From Octopus vulgaris (Eukaryota), in NCBI GenBank assembly GCA_951406725.2, contig OX597832.1:14818001-14882000 (forward strand): 64,000 nt of DNA, read 5' to 3'. The notes beneath the pieces were generated by a model, which was not told the DNA's origin, ran no database searches, and saw only the letters and a list, made by a program, of their open reading frames with translations. The translations under genes and the position numbers were made by a program. This document shows, piece after piece, positions 41,239 through 57,458 of this stretch. Each line of letters begins with the position of its first letter. The stretch's first letter is position 1.

Positions 41239-41493
41239 ACGGCTGCATAGATTGGAATTGCGATTTGTATTTTTCCATGTCTCCATACTTACTGAGAAAA
41301 TCGATTAAAACTTTTTCTAATGGATTTCCTATGTTTTCCCCCATTAAAACAACCAGTTGCTCACACAGCCGGCATATACCACTTCGCTAGCAACAAGGAG
41401 AGTACATGATGACAGTTAGTCAAAACTTTCGCTATGCTTCCTCTTCTTTCACTTCTTTGTAAATATGTAGTCACGTATATATAAATACATACA

Positions 41494-41580
<87 letters not shown>

Positions 41581-42293
41581 GACTATTTGAAAGTCGTAGA
41601 GGTTTGTTGTACATCAACAGATATATTGTTCGCGTCTTAATATGATTCTTACGTTTTATGTCACAATGAAGAAATTAAGGGAAAAGTGCACTCTCATTTT
41701 TGTCTGTGAATTCTTGCTTTACGTGAACAATAACGTGGCTACGAAAACATTGGATGAAACAGCACCTACCGTGTACACCAACTTACTGCATGCATTTCAT
41801 TTACGAACTGGTAAAATACTGCAATTCAGTCCAGTCACCAAGAGGCTATGAGTAAAAATCGAAACTGCATGTCACGCTTTCCTTCACTAGAGCTTGAGAT
41901 GCTGACACAGAGAAACTATCAATCATCAAATACTGTTGCCAGAATCTATGAGAATATCGTCAGGAGTACTATGGATGATTAAAATATCAGTTAATTATTA
42001 ACTTTAGGATGTTATATTTGGAACCGAAATGACAATTTTAGTCAACGTAACATAATATTCAAAGTAAAATCTGAACCTACGCACGTAGAGCTTAAGTAGT
42101 ATAGGTATATTTATGTTGAGGAAAAGTGTTCGCATTAAATCTAAATAAATCAGCAAATATATGTAAATACTGTGCAATTTATTCATACATTAATATATGT
42201 ATGTATACACATCGAAATATCTAGCATTCACTGTCATTCTGTGTGTGTCACTCTCTCTCTGTTCTTCTGTCTCAGTTTCTCTAAATATATATG

Positions 42294-42322
<29 letters not shown>

Positions 42323-42324
<2 letters not shown>

Positions 42325-42542
42325 CCACAAGGGGCTAAACATAGAGGGAGCAAACAAGGACACACAAACGAATTAAGTCGATTACATCGACTCCAGTGCG
42401 TAACTGGTACTTAATTTATCCACCCCGAAAGGAAAAATGGCAAAGTCGACCTGGGCGGAATGTGATCTCAGAACGCAGCGACGGGCGAAATACCGCGAAT
42501 CACTTCGCCCGGCGTACTAACGTCTCTGCCAGTTGGCCGCCT
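42323..42542 (-). mobile_element. SINE family B
   Basis: Reverse complement of the 23097 copy, including the tail cccacaaggggctaaac. Confidence 0.9.
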
Positions 42543-42574
42543 TAACACACACATACAGATAAATTCTTTTATTA

Positions 42575-42670
42575 TGTTACTAGCTTCCGTCATTTGACTG
42601 CGAACATGCTCGTGTAATGCGTGTTGTCGAACAAGTCGATCCTAAGACTTATTCTTTTGGTAGATTAGTA
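42575..42670 (-). mobile_element. SINE family A 3' fragment
   Basis: gtcatttgactgcg...gtcgaacaagtcgatcctaagacttattctt. Confidence 0.6.
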
Positions 42671-42847
42671 CTTTTAGAAATAGCAGCCTAACGCGTCGAC
42701 AAGTAATCAAATGCCGGGTGAACTTTCGCTATTTTACCCTCTATGCCTACCTGAATTGTTTTTGAGTAGACATTTTCTAGCTACATTCTTTGGATGCTAT
42801 TTCTAAAAATTCGGTATGGACCTAAGCAAATTTTTTTTGCTGAACCC

Positions 42848-42896
<49 letters not shown>

Positions 42897-44230
42897 ATAG
42901 AAACCCATGGATATTTTCTAACTTCCGTGGTTCGGCCCACTATGCAACATATCTAGCGTGGTTTTTATCTAGTCTATTCCTTAAATATTGTATACATTTT
43001 GCTCGCATACTTCGCAACCATGGTTGCCTACCGTGAAATATTGAATAATAATTTGCCTTTCTATAGATTGCTTGAATTTCACAATCTCCCTACAACTCGA
43101 TCTTTTGACTTTGCTTATATATATATATTCATATATATAGATAGATAAATAGATAGATAGATATACCTGCATAAATACTTATATGTAGATGCGTGAGTAA
43201 TGAATATTTCTGCGGGTAATTACGTGACTGTGCGTTCGTTAATAAAGTAGTAAGGCCATGTTTCAATAGGACTTCGTATTTACTATATGAAAGAATATAT
43301 CTTAATATTCTCCAAAATAAATGGAAAGTGAAAATACGAAAACAAACATCTCCTATGCACAACATTGTAACACGTAAGATAATTACTTGTAGCGATGTGT
43401 AATAGATTTTAATATATAATTAACATGCGTAACTATACCTCGTTTATATTTTTTAGCTTGCAAATGGAGTGCGTATATATAATCAAATGGACACACAACA
43501 CATACACATTTACATACACAAACTCGCTTACACACACTCACAGACGTACACATATTTACACATAGATAGAATAATACACCTGTATATATATATATATATA
43601 TATATATCATTCCATGTAAATATATACATGCATATGTGTGTGCTACTCTCTCTCTCTGTGTATGTAGGTGCTTATGTGATCGTACGTATGTGGAACCGTT
43701 CCCGTTTCTAGAAAATATATTAATGGAAGATATTTTGAAGATATAAATGTCAATGCATGTTTCATATCCTCTAGCATATTCAGTAAATTCATGTAATATT
43801 TAAAACTCTTTTTTTTACAATCGAGTGTACATATGAAGCGAAGCAGATAATTATGTTATCCTCTGCATATCGCTGTGTTTTTTTCGTTTGGAAAATAGCC
43901 TTTAACATAATTAATTAAAACCTCATAGATTATGAGCCACTGATGTGCGCTGATGCGTTACCCCATCTTATGATGATGCTCCATCTCTTAATCATGCGTA
44001 TGTAGCTCACATATATTTCTCTCAATTCTGAAGTCTAGTCGAAAATCATTAATTTTTGTACTGTTTCCACAAAATTTCTATTGCTGCTAATTGCATTTTA
44101 GTTACATGTTATGTAGATCCGATAAAGCAGCAACTTCGCTGTTTCTAAAATGAATCAGTGCAGGTATTACTATTCCTTTAGTTGGCTAAATGAGGTATTG
44201 CATCATTTCATCGTGTTTTTCTAATAATTA

Positions 44231-44395
44231 GGCGCAGGTGTGGCTGTTTGGTAAGTAGCTTGCTACCCAACCACATGATTCCGGGTTCAGTCCCACTGCG
44301 TGGCATCTTAGGCAAGTGTCTTCTGCTATAGCCCCGGGCCGACCAATGCCTTGTGAGTGGATTTCGTAGACGGAAACTGAACGAAGCATGTCGTA

Positions 44396-44448
<53 letters not shown>

Positions 44449-44660
44449 ATGTGTTTGTGTGTCTGTGTTTGTCCCCCTAACATTGCTTGACAACCGATGC
44501 TGGTGTGTTTACATCCCCGTCACTTAGAGGTTCGGCAAAAGAGACCGATATAATAAGTACTGGGCTTACAAAGAATAAGTCCCGGGATCGATTTGCTCGA
44601 CTAAAAGGCGGTGCTCCAGCATGGCCGCAGTCAAATGACTGAAACATGTAAAAAAAAAAA
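44231..44660 (+). mobile_element. SINE family A, full length
   Basis: A-box tggctgtttgg, B-box ggttcagtccc, CORE-like segment, internal (TA)n(TG)n and LINE-like tail. Confidence 0.95.
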
Positions 44661-44739
44661 TTAGGAAGCCGCTTCTATCCTGCTTAGTCTGGATTAAGCC
44701 TGTATCTTAATCGATATGGTAAGATTTTCTATATTTATG

Positions 44740-44880
44740 AGAGGCTGATCTGACGCAATCGGTACAACTTTTGTCTTCGCACTCTCTGCTCAAATCTCGC
44801 CGAAGTCCACATTGCCTTTCATCTCTTCAGAGTCGATTCAATAAGTACCAGCTGAAAATTCGACCTATGTAATCGTCTTA
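44740..44880 (+). mobile_element. Decayed SINE family B fragment
   Basis: ctcaaatctcgccgaagtccacattgcctttcatctcttcagagtcgattcaataagtaccag. Confidence 0.65.
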
Positions 44881-44982
44881 CTTCCTCGTATATTCTTTCC
44901 CGTATATTCCATCATCTTCTGTCTTCCAGATGTCAGGTATATATATATATATATATACATACATATATATATATGTGTGTAC

Positions 44983-45035
<53 letters not shown>

Positions 45036-45124
45036 TATGCATATATTCTTGCGTGTGTATATTTTTGCATTTGTTTTTGTGAATATGACTAGAAAAGATA
45101 CGTACACACATAGAGAGAGACAGA

Positions 45125-45155
<31 letters not shown>

Positions 45156-46011
45156 GGGGAGAGAGCCATTGATAAATTAGAAAAATAGTGAGGCAAAGCG
45201 TATTAAATTTTTGTACTTTCGTCAATCTGATAAAATTATTTTATAGAGTTGCCCCACGAAAAAGTTGGAAAGTATTCGAATACACACGTTAGAATGTTTC
45301 ACCATTTTCATAGGATATCGTATAATCACAGCTGAGAATACATTAACAAAGATTTCGAGTCCTGAATTTGATATGTGCCGCCTCATTCAATGGAATTCTG
45401 TTGTTAATATATCTTTAAAAATGTATACTATGCAATATTACTCTTGTTCTGTAAGAAAGGGATACGATTTAACTGAAAGCAAACCACCGTATAAACCCTC
45501 GATGAGATACCTGTGGCTTTATCAAATAGCTTGTTGAAATCCTTTTGTTATTGCCAATGAATAAATAACATAAATAGTGCTTAAATCAATAACAAATGCG
45601 AATATTAAACAGAATTTTGTAGAAACGTATTTTTTAAAGGTAGAATGTAATTAGAGTTATAGCAATTATAACACTTACGAAAAAAATGGTAATCTTATTT
45701 TTAATATTCAACACAGAATATATAATAATTTGTTCTTGGGTGTGTATGTACGCATTCCAAGGTCACTAACCCAAAAGTGGAGTTAGAACTCATTAGGGGT
45801 GCCTGCTGCAATTATACAATTTTCGAAATTATAATTGAATTCATTTTCAATAACGCTTTTAATTATTTTCCAAGACACTGTGATAAACTGCTGCTGCTAT
45901 TACTACAACAACAACAACTACTACTACTACTACTACTACCTGTAGATCTATTCACAGTGTCTTAAAATAACATCAGTGATGTAATCATCACCGTCATAAC
46001 ATAATCAGCAC

Positions 46012-46309
<298 letters not shown>

Positions 46310-47043
46310 TCTATGAGTATTATCATTATTACTGCTGGAATTCATTAGCGTGTATATTAAGTAACACAGTGAACATTGTTAAGATAAATATTATATCCTG
46401 GAAATTTTCACGTGCTTTCTGTTTGTCCATATTAGTATTCACAGAAAGAAAAAAAACCCAAAAGAAACGATCATTTTTGTTTGAATTAAGGAGTCTCTTT
46501 TGAATAAGTGTGGCTTTGTTTTTTATTCATTTGAAGGAGCTAAAATTGATGCAGTAGATTAAATAAGGAAACTAAATAACGAACATGGGGACAGAAAAAA
46601 TAATCATAATTCTTAATTAATTTTTTGATTAGTGTATTTTATATTCCAAGTGAAATAAATATTCATAATTCATTAACTAGAACACGCAACAAAATTTATC
46701 CCGTTCAATTTCAATATACGACCGATAAGTTTCTATTGGAAAAAATATATTACAAACCATATACACATACATACACACCGATGCACACATACACATGCTG
46801 GTGCATATACATACACAGTTATGTGTAGGCATGTATGTATTTGTCTATCTACATATGTATGCATCTCTCCAAGGCTATATCTACCTGTATCACATACACA
46901 CACACACACACACACATACACACACACACACTCTGTCTCTCTCTCTTTTTATGTACAAATTCTCACAGATAGATAACTATGTGTGTGAGGGTGAATGTGT
47001 ATCCCTGCATGTGTGCTGCTATATATTTTTGTATATGTATGTA

Positions 47044-47927
47044 CAGTGTGCGATGCGTAAACTGTCGCCCTTTTAGATATTCAATTACATGAATGTGTAT
47101 TGTTTGATTATGATTTTATCGAATACAGAGTATAGTAGGGTCAGTTGGTCACCGACTGTGGGAATACCGGGACGATGACGTAATTTACTTTGTCAATAAT
47201 GTTCGAACGTACTTGCTTTACTCTTTGGCATTCGAGCCGAAAGACCCAATACGAATATTTCAGAGTCTTTGTGTGTCAAACTAAAGACAGGCTGTCACCA
47301 AAACATGTACCGAGAGTGATAACAATCAACCATGAAGTCAACACCATTTGTTGTGGCCACTAATGACAGCAACATCATGCCTCCATTCATCTTCACATAC
47401 GGCCGCAGAATAAATCCGGAAGCCTACACGAAGTACTTAGAGGAGGTAGTGCTGCCCCTGCTCAAGAGGGGGACTGTTGAAAGACCCTATATCAGGCAAC
47501 ATGACTCTCCGCCATGCCACACACTGAACAGAACCCAATCATGAGTGTCAGACATTTTCTGCCTCTCCATGACCCCTAATATCTGGACACCTAACTCCCA
47601 AGACTGCAACTCCCTTCATTATTATGTATGGGGCACAGCTGAGCGAGAGACCAATAAAATTCCTTGTAACACCAAAGATGAACTGAAGACAAGTGTTATG
47701 GCAGCATTCACCAAATCAAACAAGGAGACCGTCCAGAAGAGTTGCAAGAATTTCCGAAGTCGTCTGAAGGCCGGTGTAAAATCTATGATGATTTTATTGA
47801 AAAAATTTATTCTTTAGTATTTGAAGATATTTTAAAGTATTTTTAGTAAATATTTCTGTTAGGATAAGATATCAGTGTTATTTTCATTTTCACGCAGTTT
47901 AGAATAGTTTATTCACCATCCATGTGT
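47044..47927 (+). mobile_element. Internally deleted DD37D (maT-family) Tc1/mariner transposon relic
   Basis: IMPPFIF..INPEAYTKYLEEVVLP..QHDSPPCH..WTPNSQDCNSLHYYVWG..FRSRL. There are 37 residues between the second Asp and the third catalytic position (now His). In-frame stop at 47542-47544; degenerate TIR-like ends. Confidence 0.85.
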
Positions 47928-48229
47928 AGATTAAAATATAAAGGTGTACGAGCATTTGTTTGTTTGTTTGTGTGTGTGTGTGTGTGTGCGTGTATATGCG
48001 CGCGTGAACATGTGTATGTGTGCGTTTATGTGTATCTTACTGCGTTTATCAATCTATATATATCCCTCTATCTCTCTCTATATATACACATATACTAATT
48101 CTTATAAACAAATATGTTTGTTCTGTGAGTGTGTGTGTGCATGTGTATCCCTTGTGTGCACTACTATGTATTTATGTATGTACAGATGTATGCTTGAGGG
48201 TGCTTGTGTGTGTATGTATGTATGTGCTT

Positions 48230-48278
<49 letters not shown>

Positions 48279-48349
48279 CGTGTGATTGTGTGAGTGGGTG
48301 AATGTGTGCGTGCTTTCATTCCTAAACACTGAGTTTTCTAATACAATAA

Positions 48350-48500
48350 TCTCTCTACACCGTGCGAAAGAATTAGCGGTATTTTTGTCTGTTTTACGTT
48401 CTGAACGCAAATTCTTTTGTAGTCGGCTTTGCCGTTCATCCTGTCATGGTCTATAAAATATATACTATCGGAACACTACGATCGATGTGATCGACTTATA
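48350..48500 (+). mobile_element. Decayed SINE family B
   Basis: ttagcggtatttttgtctg..ttacgttctgaacgcaaattc..ctttgccgttcatcc..gatgtgatcgactta. Confidence 0.6.
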
Positions 48501-48874
48501 TGCTACTTCGCAATTGCTGATTTCAAAACAATACCCGTAAAATTGTCTAGGTGATGAGAAGAATAGTCTATGGCAGGAGTGTTTGGCGAAAGTTACAGTG
48601 GTTTAAATTTTAGAAATTCTGCATATGCAACATTTTATTTTTTTACTGAATTTGAAAATAACTTTAATAGCTAACTTCACCTGGGCTTACAGCTTCGATG
48701 TGTTTCCGTTTAAAACATTGACCTATCGACATTTTAAAGATTAACATATAAAGCGAAATTTGTTTTGTTTTCATACATTTCATATATGTAGGATTTACTC
48801 AAAATTCGTTTGAAAGTAGATTGACATTTTATAAACAACCTGCGTTTATATATACTCTTATCTCACTGATACAG

Positions 48875-48940
<66 letters not shown>

Positions 48941-51222
48941 GCAGTCATACGTGTTTACAGACACAGAAACATACATACACACAAAAATATATGGTCACAG
49001 ATATATAATTGTAAATTTATTGTTACATGTGTGGCCTCTAAGTCATCTCCATCATTTTGGTTTCGCATGCATGTTCTTTCACGAATGTATAAATGCACGT
49101 ACTAAATACATCTACCACAAGCACTTACATATACACACGCGCACACACATTTGTATATATACAAACACGTATACACATGCGCCAGTAAATATATTATCTC
49201 AATTTGTATATATACACATACATATCTATCCACGTATAATACATATATCCTATATGCCCACATATATGTTTTAAGCACTCACTTATGTGTGCCCATAATA
49301 ACCACCTGTATAAATGTAGTCAATAATATATACACAGACAACACGTTATTACTTAACATATGTAGATATAAGATATAGATGCCAGATGCAAAACAGAGAA
49401 TGTAATATAAAATGAAACGCAGCACGGAGCGACATAAGATAAACAAGTAAATTCTCAATAATACATGACAATACGACTCGGTAGTCATATGATGTATTGC
49501 CAAATGTCATCCTCTTTATGGGTGGAAGGCATGAAAATTTACTCATTAGGAGGTGTATGATTTAGTATCAAATATTTCTCTGTTAATACTTAAATCGAGT
49601 ACAGCCTTAGATCAAATACACAATTTCGTCAGAGGATCTACGTAAGTTTAGGGTTCTCTGTGGATTACGTAACAGATTGAAACTATGCTACTGTATGTCT
49701 AATATTATGGAAGCATCTCAGGATTAGCTGTTCTGATTTATCGAGAACTAATTAAGAAAGCAATTTGAAAATAAGTAAGCTTAAATTCCTCGATCTCCGG
49801 TCCCTTCACGCACTTTTCGTATAAATGTTATTGTACTTTCTTAAAGTTGGGGAAATGTCACATTCCGTTTGTGCCTTACATGTTGATATGTTTCAAAGTT
49901 AATTGACGCTGGCGGGGTTTTTCCATGTTTTAGTCTGGAAATGTATCAATACTGTTGTGTATTTTGAGCCCAACTTGTGTAATTCTTTATACATATGCTA
50001 AACCTGAAACCATGTATTATATTGAGTACCTATATTTCTATGGATTTAAACAGATGGATGTCTGCGTATAGATACACACTTATCTTATAATACCGACAAA
50101 TATACCTGTCAGTAGTTTCAGTGGACTGTATGTTCAAAAAATACGTTCGCAGCCGCTCATGTTTGCATAAAAATATTCTAAGAAATCCTACTAATAATAT
50201 GTGTGTATGCGTGTGTATGTGTGTGAGTGCGTGTTTTTGTGTATGTGAGTATACATGCATCTTTGTCACCATACTCTCAGCATTTTTCCTCCACATTTCC
50301 ACCTCAGTTTTCATCTTCATACTGGTATTTTCTGTTGATGGACGACTTATCCGAATCGTCGAGTAATATTTCATTCAAATTTTCTAATGTAATAACCATA
50401 AAACCTTTCTGAAAATGTGTCTGTCTTCTCTTTTTGTTTCATTCCCCTAACATACTAACACACACACACACACACACAATCACACATACACATACACACA
50501 CTCTCAAACATGATATATATAATGTCTATCAATTTACACTTAATATACACAGGAATATGAGAATATATTTAACCAAGTATTAGGTCGTATGGAATTATAG
50601 TTTAAAAGAAAAATCCTCACGTATAAAGACAATTTGAGAAAGAACATATCGCATATCGTTTTTGAACTAGAAAAAGGGTAAGAAAATAGGCATTAAGCTA
50701 AACAAAATGAAGCAGCAAAATTTCATAAGAAAAACGTAGAGAATATAGATGACATGAAAATGTAAAGATTTACAGTGCGATGAACAAAATGGAGTATAAA
50801 ATTTTATCTTCAGTAAAAATGTAAACTATAAGAGAATTTTGTATGTAATGTTTTTAACGTTAAAGCAATAGCAAATGCATGAAAATATTCGTCTTGATGG
50901 ATTCATAAAAAAAGGACAATAACAATAATAATAATAATAATAGTAATAATAATAAAGAAAATTGTACCGAAATAGGAAATGTAAGAGATATAAAGATAGT
51001 AGTAGAAAGAAATAAAATCGTATATGCGTGTAATATGAAGTCTGTAGATAAATATTTGAAAGAAAAAGTAAGTAAAAATATATCCAATGAAAGGAAAGAC
51101 ATTGCCAGAATTATTGTATTTAGCACGATTTGCAAGTACATAACCGCAGAACCGAGTCACACGCAGTTATATTTATTCATATGGGCGTGTGTGTGTGTAT
51201 ACATACATATATGCGTAGATGC

Positions 51223-51272
<50 letters not shown>

Positions 51273-51433
51273 ACAAATATATATACATATACATATACTT
51301 ATATATATGTGTGTGTATGTCTGTGCGTTTGTACGTGTGTGTATGTGTGCATATATATATATATTTATATATATATATATATATATACATTCTTTATATA
51401 CACGAGTGAATATATATTACATATATACACATG

Positions 51434-51470
<37 letters not shown>

Positions 51471-52342
51471 AACTCACATACATAGATGGAAAAACTCACA
51501 GACGCACACGCACGCACATATATACACATTCGATCGCATATGTGACCATGTCTGCCCATGTTTGCCTGTATATGAATTAATGTATGTATGCATGTATCTA
51601 TCTATCTATCTATCTCTCTATCAATCTATCTCCCTATCTATCTTTCTCTCTCTCTATCTATCTGGATAAGTGGAGTAAATCCGAAGAAATATATTTAAAC
51701 ATTGAACGTTATAATTGTTAGCGAATAGTGTATAAGCGTAGAAATGTTTCGATAGACACATTATTGGTTTCGCACCTGAATGTATACCAATCCGCCTTCT
51801 TCCGTATGCTGTTATGGAAATTAGCCTTGTTTTACGTTAGTACCATGGTATTCTGCCTAACTGGTATATATGCGCCTTAATTAATTAAACAATAACACGT
51901 TTTATACTTCTCATTGTACAAATTTGGGAGTTACATATACTTAATCATTGCAAGAGTGTCGAAAACCGTTTAAACGTATATCCGGTAAAAGTGACTGTGG
52001 TAGAAAATGAAAGAAGCATGAAACAAAAAGCTTCTAGGAAATGACATACCCACCTCGATATAAGGTCTAATACATGACTAGATTCAACCGGACAGGTATG
52101 CAATTCGGTTACTCTCTTAAGTGATATAATGGTACACGACTGTTTAATGTGACTGCTGGTCAGAGCTAGACCTAGAGGATGGAAGCTTTTTGTTTTCTCT
52201 GACAACGTATCTCCTTACTTCTGACAGGAACATCATTGAAAAATGCACTTACAATTTCATTCCCTCTGATGTGATACTTTGTCAAGTTTCAATATATTAT
52301 ATTTGTTACAATTTCTTCAATGGTGGGCATACTCTCATTATC

Positions 52343-52490
52343 TTTATCTGTTACTTGTTCCAGTCATTTGGCAGCGGTCATACTGGGGCACCTCCTTCAA
52401 GAATTATATTCGAACAAACGCACAAAATATCTTTCTTTTAAGCGTACTACTCATTTTATCGGTTTCATTTGCCAAGCCGATAAGATAGGT
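52343..52490 (-). mobile_element. SINE family A 3' fragment (decayed)
   Basis: ttacttgttccagtcatttg..gcggtcatactggggcacc is the reverse complement of the family A tail. Confidence 0.6.
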
Positions 52491-52867
52491 TGGAATAAGC
52501 ATAAGAAGATAAAAAGAGCAAAAATAGAAAACCTTTGACTATGCGGAAAGTTGCGTAGGTTCTTTACATTTTACGCGCAACGTAAAACGATCACAAGAAA
52601 AAGAATCTGGTAAATGTTCTGCTATGTGGTTCGGTGACCCATTCAAATCTTCTAGATACCTGTAGCAGCAGTAGTCCCTCTTCAAAGGTAAGTGTGATCG
52701 GCGCGCAATTGTAGGTGTAAGCAAACTTCGAGATGTGTTCTAGGTCATAGCTAATTTTTATTGAACGCATTATGATAATATGATTACTATTATTATTATT
52801 ATTATTAGTAGTAGTAGTAGTAGTAGTAGTAACAGTAGTAGTAGCAGCAGCAGCACCAGTAGTAGCA

Positions 52868-53276
<409 letters not shown>

Positions 53277-56140
53277 ATATATATATATATATATATATAT
53301 ACATGTTTATGTATATATATACATGGTCCATATGTAATCAGGTACATATCAATATTACCTGAACCAAAACGTTCTGAACCATGCATTCGTCCTCATGGAA
53401 AGGTAAAATGTAAAATATATAATCTGAAACTTCATTTAAAACTGTTAAATGCTACGTGCTGAAAATCCATATAATATCTCTATAATTTTGTCCTTTCTAC
53501 TTTAAATATATTCTTCCGAAGATTATGCAAACACCTTAAAATGGAAAGAGATTAAAACAACTAAGCCATTGGGAATTGTTTTGAAACAAAGGATACAATG
53601 TGTCCCCTCGTGATATACAAAAAATATAGTGAATTAATCTCACTTTAGAAGATAATTGCCTTTAATCGAATTTATCGTTACCACAATCAACAACATAAAT
53701 AATACGTTATATTTATTTAATATAAAGATACGATGCAGCATCAAGTATAATTTTCAAAACAATACGTTATTGCTTCAAGCACAACAGCTAATGTTGTATT
53801 ACGTATGTCGGTTCATAAAACTAAGAATAACGGTCACATCGCACTTCATTTCAGAATAAAGTTTATACATATTGTAATATGTTCCATGTGCACAAAGGCT
53901 TTGGTTTTCATTACAACTTCCTATATCGACAGAAATAATAAACAAAAAGCTTGTATAGTCTTTTCTTTTAGTCGATGTCACTAGTTAAGTAAGTCGTGCA
54001 CTCAATTCTTTATATTAAAACATGTACAGAAAATTGATTCGGCATTTGACTGGATGAATATTCGGCAAGATCTGGAGAAATAAGCACATCTCCTGTACAT
54101 GTTAGAAGGTAGGAAGCTTACGTGTTACACTTGTGGGTGTAATCCCCATTTCGAAGCCTTTTATTCTCCACAAGATAACGAAACTGGGAGAAATAATGAG
54201 TTACTGTCCACACGACAATACAGTATATTCGACTGTAAAATCAAAAAGATATATATTTCAATAAACTATGGACGAAGAAATCCCTACATCTACAGGCACC
54301 TACAGGCAGTTATTCTTAGTTGCTTTCTTTGTTGCATTCTTAAACTGTTCCAATACAAAATAAAATGGCCGGGTTAGTTAAACACAACGTAAACAAAGTA
54401 TATCCCCATTTATCACACATATACGAGTTAGTCTTAAGTTACAGAAAATATAGTAATTTTCACAAAACTAATTTCCACCGTATTTGCTACTCCCAAATCA
54501 CATCAGAACTACCATTGCACAAAAGCACAATGCAAGTTACGAAGACAGATGACCCACGAAGCAAAGAATATATATTTCTCCTGAAGCATTCTAATCCCCA
54601 TTGACTGAAGCAATATCGTCAGTTATGCAGGTTTCAACACCAGCTATAAAAATATTATCGATATATTAATAAATCACTGAACAAATATTTTAGAACAAAA
54701 ATAAGAATGACACAATTCTGGAGAGCAAACTGCTTTCCTACGCTGAAGTATATGAAAATAGATAGCATCACATCAATCCACTTCCTCTGTTCTCAAAAAG
54801 CAGGCACAGCTATATTCAATAACCGGCAATAATGGCTCAAAAGCAACAGCTTTAAAATATGATTTCAGAAATATTTTCTTCCAGTCAGTCACAACAGCGA
54901 ATGTCAGTTTTCCACTACAGATTACATATAAAATATTGCATAAGGAAATAATACAATTATATGGGAAGGCGCATATATAGAGCCCCATTGCATACACAAT
55001 TAGTCCCGTGATATAGAAAATAAAGGATGAATACTGAGAGAGAGAGAGAGAGTGAGATATGAGAGGTGGGGAGAGAATGAATAAGAGCTAATTCCTGTTC
55101 TAGAAGATATAATAAACAACAACAGTTATAAAAATTGAGTGGTTATTTAAGCTTTGTCTTTGTGACATTTGTTGTATGATGATATTCTCTTTGCCATTAA
55201 TCAATAATCAATACCGGTAGTGTACCTTTAGCGATTGAGCCACGAATTCTCAGACAACAGAACTGGCAAAACTTGAATTAAAAGGTAACAGAACTATCGT
55301 CAATTCGGAGTTCACGTTTTTATTGTGTATAACACTCCAAATTGTTGAATGCATCTATACATAGAAATTTTACTTTCTATCGCGAGGGAAATCTTATCAT
55401 TGTATTAAAATCCACGCTGTTTCTCATGAATTTATAATTAACTTCTGTATTATATTCGCGAGCCTTTAAATTCTGAACATATATAATGAACAGCAAAAAA
55501 TGAACGTATAGAATGAGGATAAGAAAAGGTAATTCACAAAAATGCAAAGCGGTTTATATAAACTTGAAATACTCAGTGTCTTGTATTTAGATAGTTAGAT
55601 AGCCATTTAGATATGCTGAAATAAGATACGAAAAATACAGAATGGATATTTTACTATGATTATTCTTGCGTTCATTTACAGGTGCACATGATATGCATTT
55701 ATTCTTCTGGTATTAAACTTTGTAACAAAATATAAAGAATAAAATGCAATTTTGCTCTCATGGAGGATAATAACATATTGAAGCATTAAAAATATACAAA
55801 ATTACACATTAGGAATTGAAGCTTAAATGTGGTAACAGATAATGACTTCAAATTTTGAGATATACATTGTTTTCGAACTGCATGATATTATATACGTTTG
55901 TAATATACAAAAGCCGTAACAAAAGAAAAAATGAAAAGTAGAAGAAAATAAATTTAAAAAAATACAATACATGAAATGATAATGATAGTGGCCCGCTGTC
56001 ATCCACTTTGGAACATAATGAGAAGAACAAACACATACCTGCATAGATTTACATAAAACTGGAAAATATATCATTGTACATACAAACAGGTACTCAAGCA
56101 GGCGTTTCACAACGTACTATCTGAAAAATATGTATCAATT

Positions 56141-56492
56141 ACTAGCAATACAACCCGGCGTTGCTCGGGGTATTTTTTTAGTTGCGCTTAAAACGGCAGA
56201 ATTGGAATTTTTGAAAAGTAAACATTTTGCATTATGTTGCTTGTTATTCCTTTTAAGTGAACATTTTTCTGGTTGAAATACACCGAAAAATGGCGACACA
56301 GCATTCAAAAAGTCGTTAAAAACAGGGGTTTTCATAGAAAAAAAGCGCCTTTTTGATGTAAATAATTTTTGGTCGTAACATGGTCCGATTTGAATTTTTT
56401 CTCCTATGGAATGAAGATAACCCTTTTTCTATCATACTCTCAATTTTGGTCAACTTACGCCACACACAAACACATACACACACAACTTCTGC

Positions 56493-56496
<4 letters not shown>
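56141..56496 (+). mobile_element. Probable non-autonomous Helitron/Helentron-type element
   Basis: Begins actagc...cccggcgttgctcggg (subterminal hairpin typical of HINE/DINE-like elements) and ends in a (CA)n microsatellite plus acttctgcc before a (TA)n tract. Confidence 0.55.
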
Positions 56497-56558
<62 letters not shown>

Positions 56559-57040
56559 TATAATTATATAGAATAGGAGTGCAAAATATATAAAAACATT
56601 CACATATAATACGTTTAATATATTAAATAATATAATGCATTAGTATTATACCTGTAAATTTGCTAAATGAAGACTCATTTATAAGTAGAAAACCATCGGG
56701 TATGAACGCAAGGGAATGAGATAAATCGAACGATATCGATAGGACTTGGTGGAATATATATTGATTTAGTGGATTCGGTACGTTCATATTTGATGAGCCA
56801 TCAAATATGATGTAACCGATTTTACATAAACGCCCCAAGAAATTGACCAAAATATACGAGAAAGTAAAGACACAAACGGACGCTGATCTGTGTGTCCCTA
56901 CTCCAACCAAATCTATACATATGATAGCTCTACTCACGTTAGAATTCACTATACATATTCTTGAGAACAAAGCTGTCGAGTACAGAATAGAAAGATGAAA
57001 TTAAATTTTGGGGATCAATCGCTTCAATGTTTCCGGATGT

Positions 57041-57243
57041 ATACTCTTATACTCTTATACTCTTATACTTGTTTCAGTCATTTGACTGCGGCCAGGCTGG
57101 AGCACCGCCTTTAGTCGAGCAAATCGACCCCGGGACTTATTCTTTGTAAGCCCAGTACTTATTCTATCGGTCTCTATTGCCGAACCGCTAAGTGACGGGG
57201 ACGTAAACACACCAGCATCGGTTGTCAAGCAATGCTAGGGGGA

Positions 57244-57281
<38 letters not shown>

Positions 57282-57458
57282 CATATACATATATACGACA
57301 GGCTTCTTTCAGTTTCCGTCTACCAAATTCACTCACAAGGCGTTGGTCGGTCCGGGCCTATAGCAGAAGACACTTGCCCAAGATGCCACGCAGTGGGACT
57401 GAACCCGGAACCATGTGGTTGGTAAGCAAGCTACTTACCACACAACCACTCCTGCGCC
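57041..57458 (-). mobile_element. SINE family A, full length
   Basis: Reverse complement of 44231-44660, with a (TATAAGAG)n tail. Confidence 0.95.

Noticed and set aside
52655-52693. Possible micro-exon (ttctag...aaag/gtaagt)
   Set aside because: Splice-like words alone are expected by chance, and there are no supporting neighbouring exons.
54773-54930. Possible pogo-like DDE transposase scrap (SGKLT..DW)
   Set aside because: The similarity is too short and degenerate to support without a profile search.
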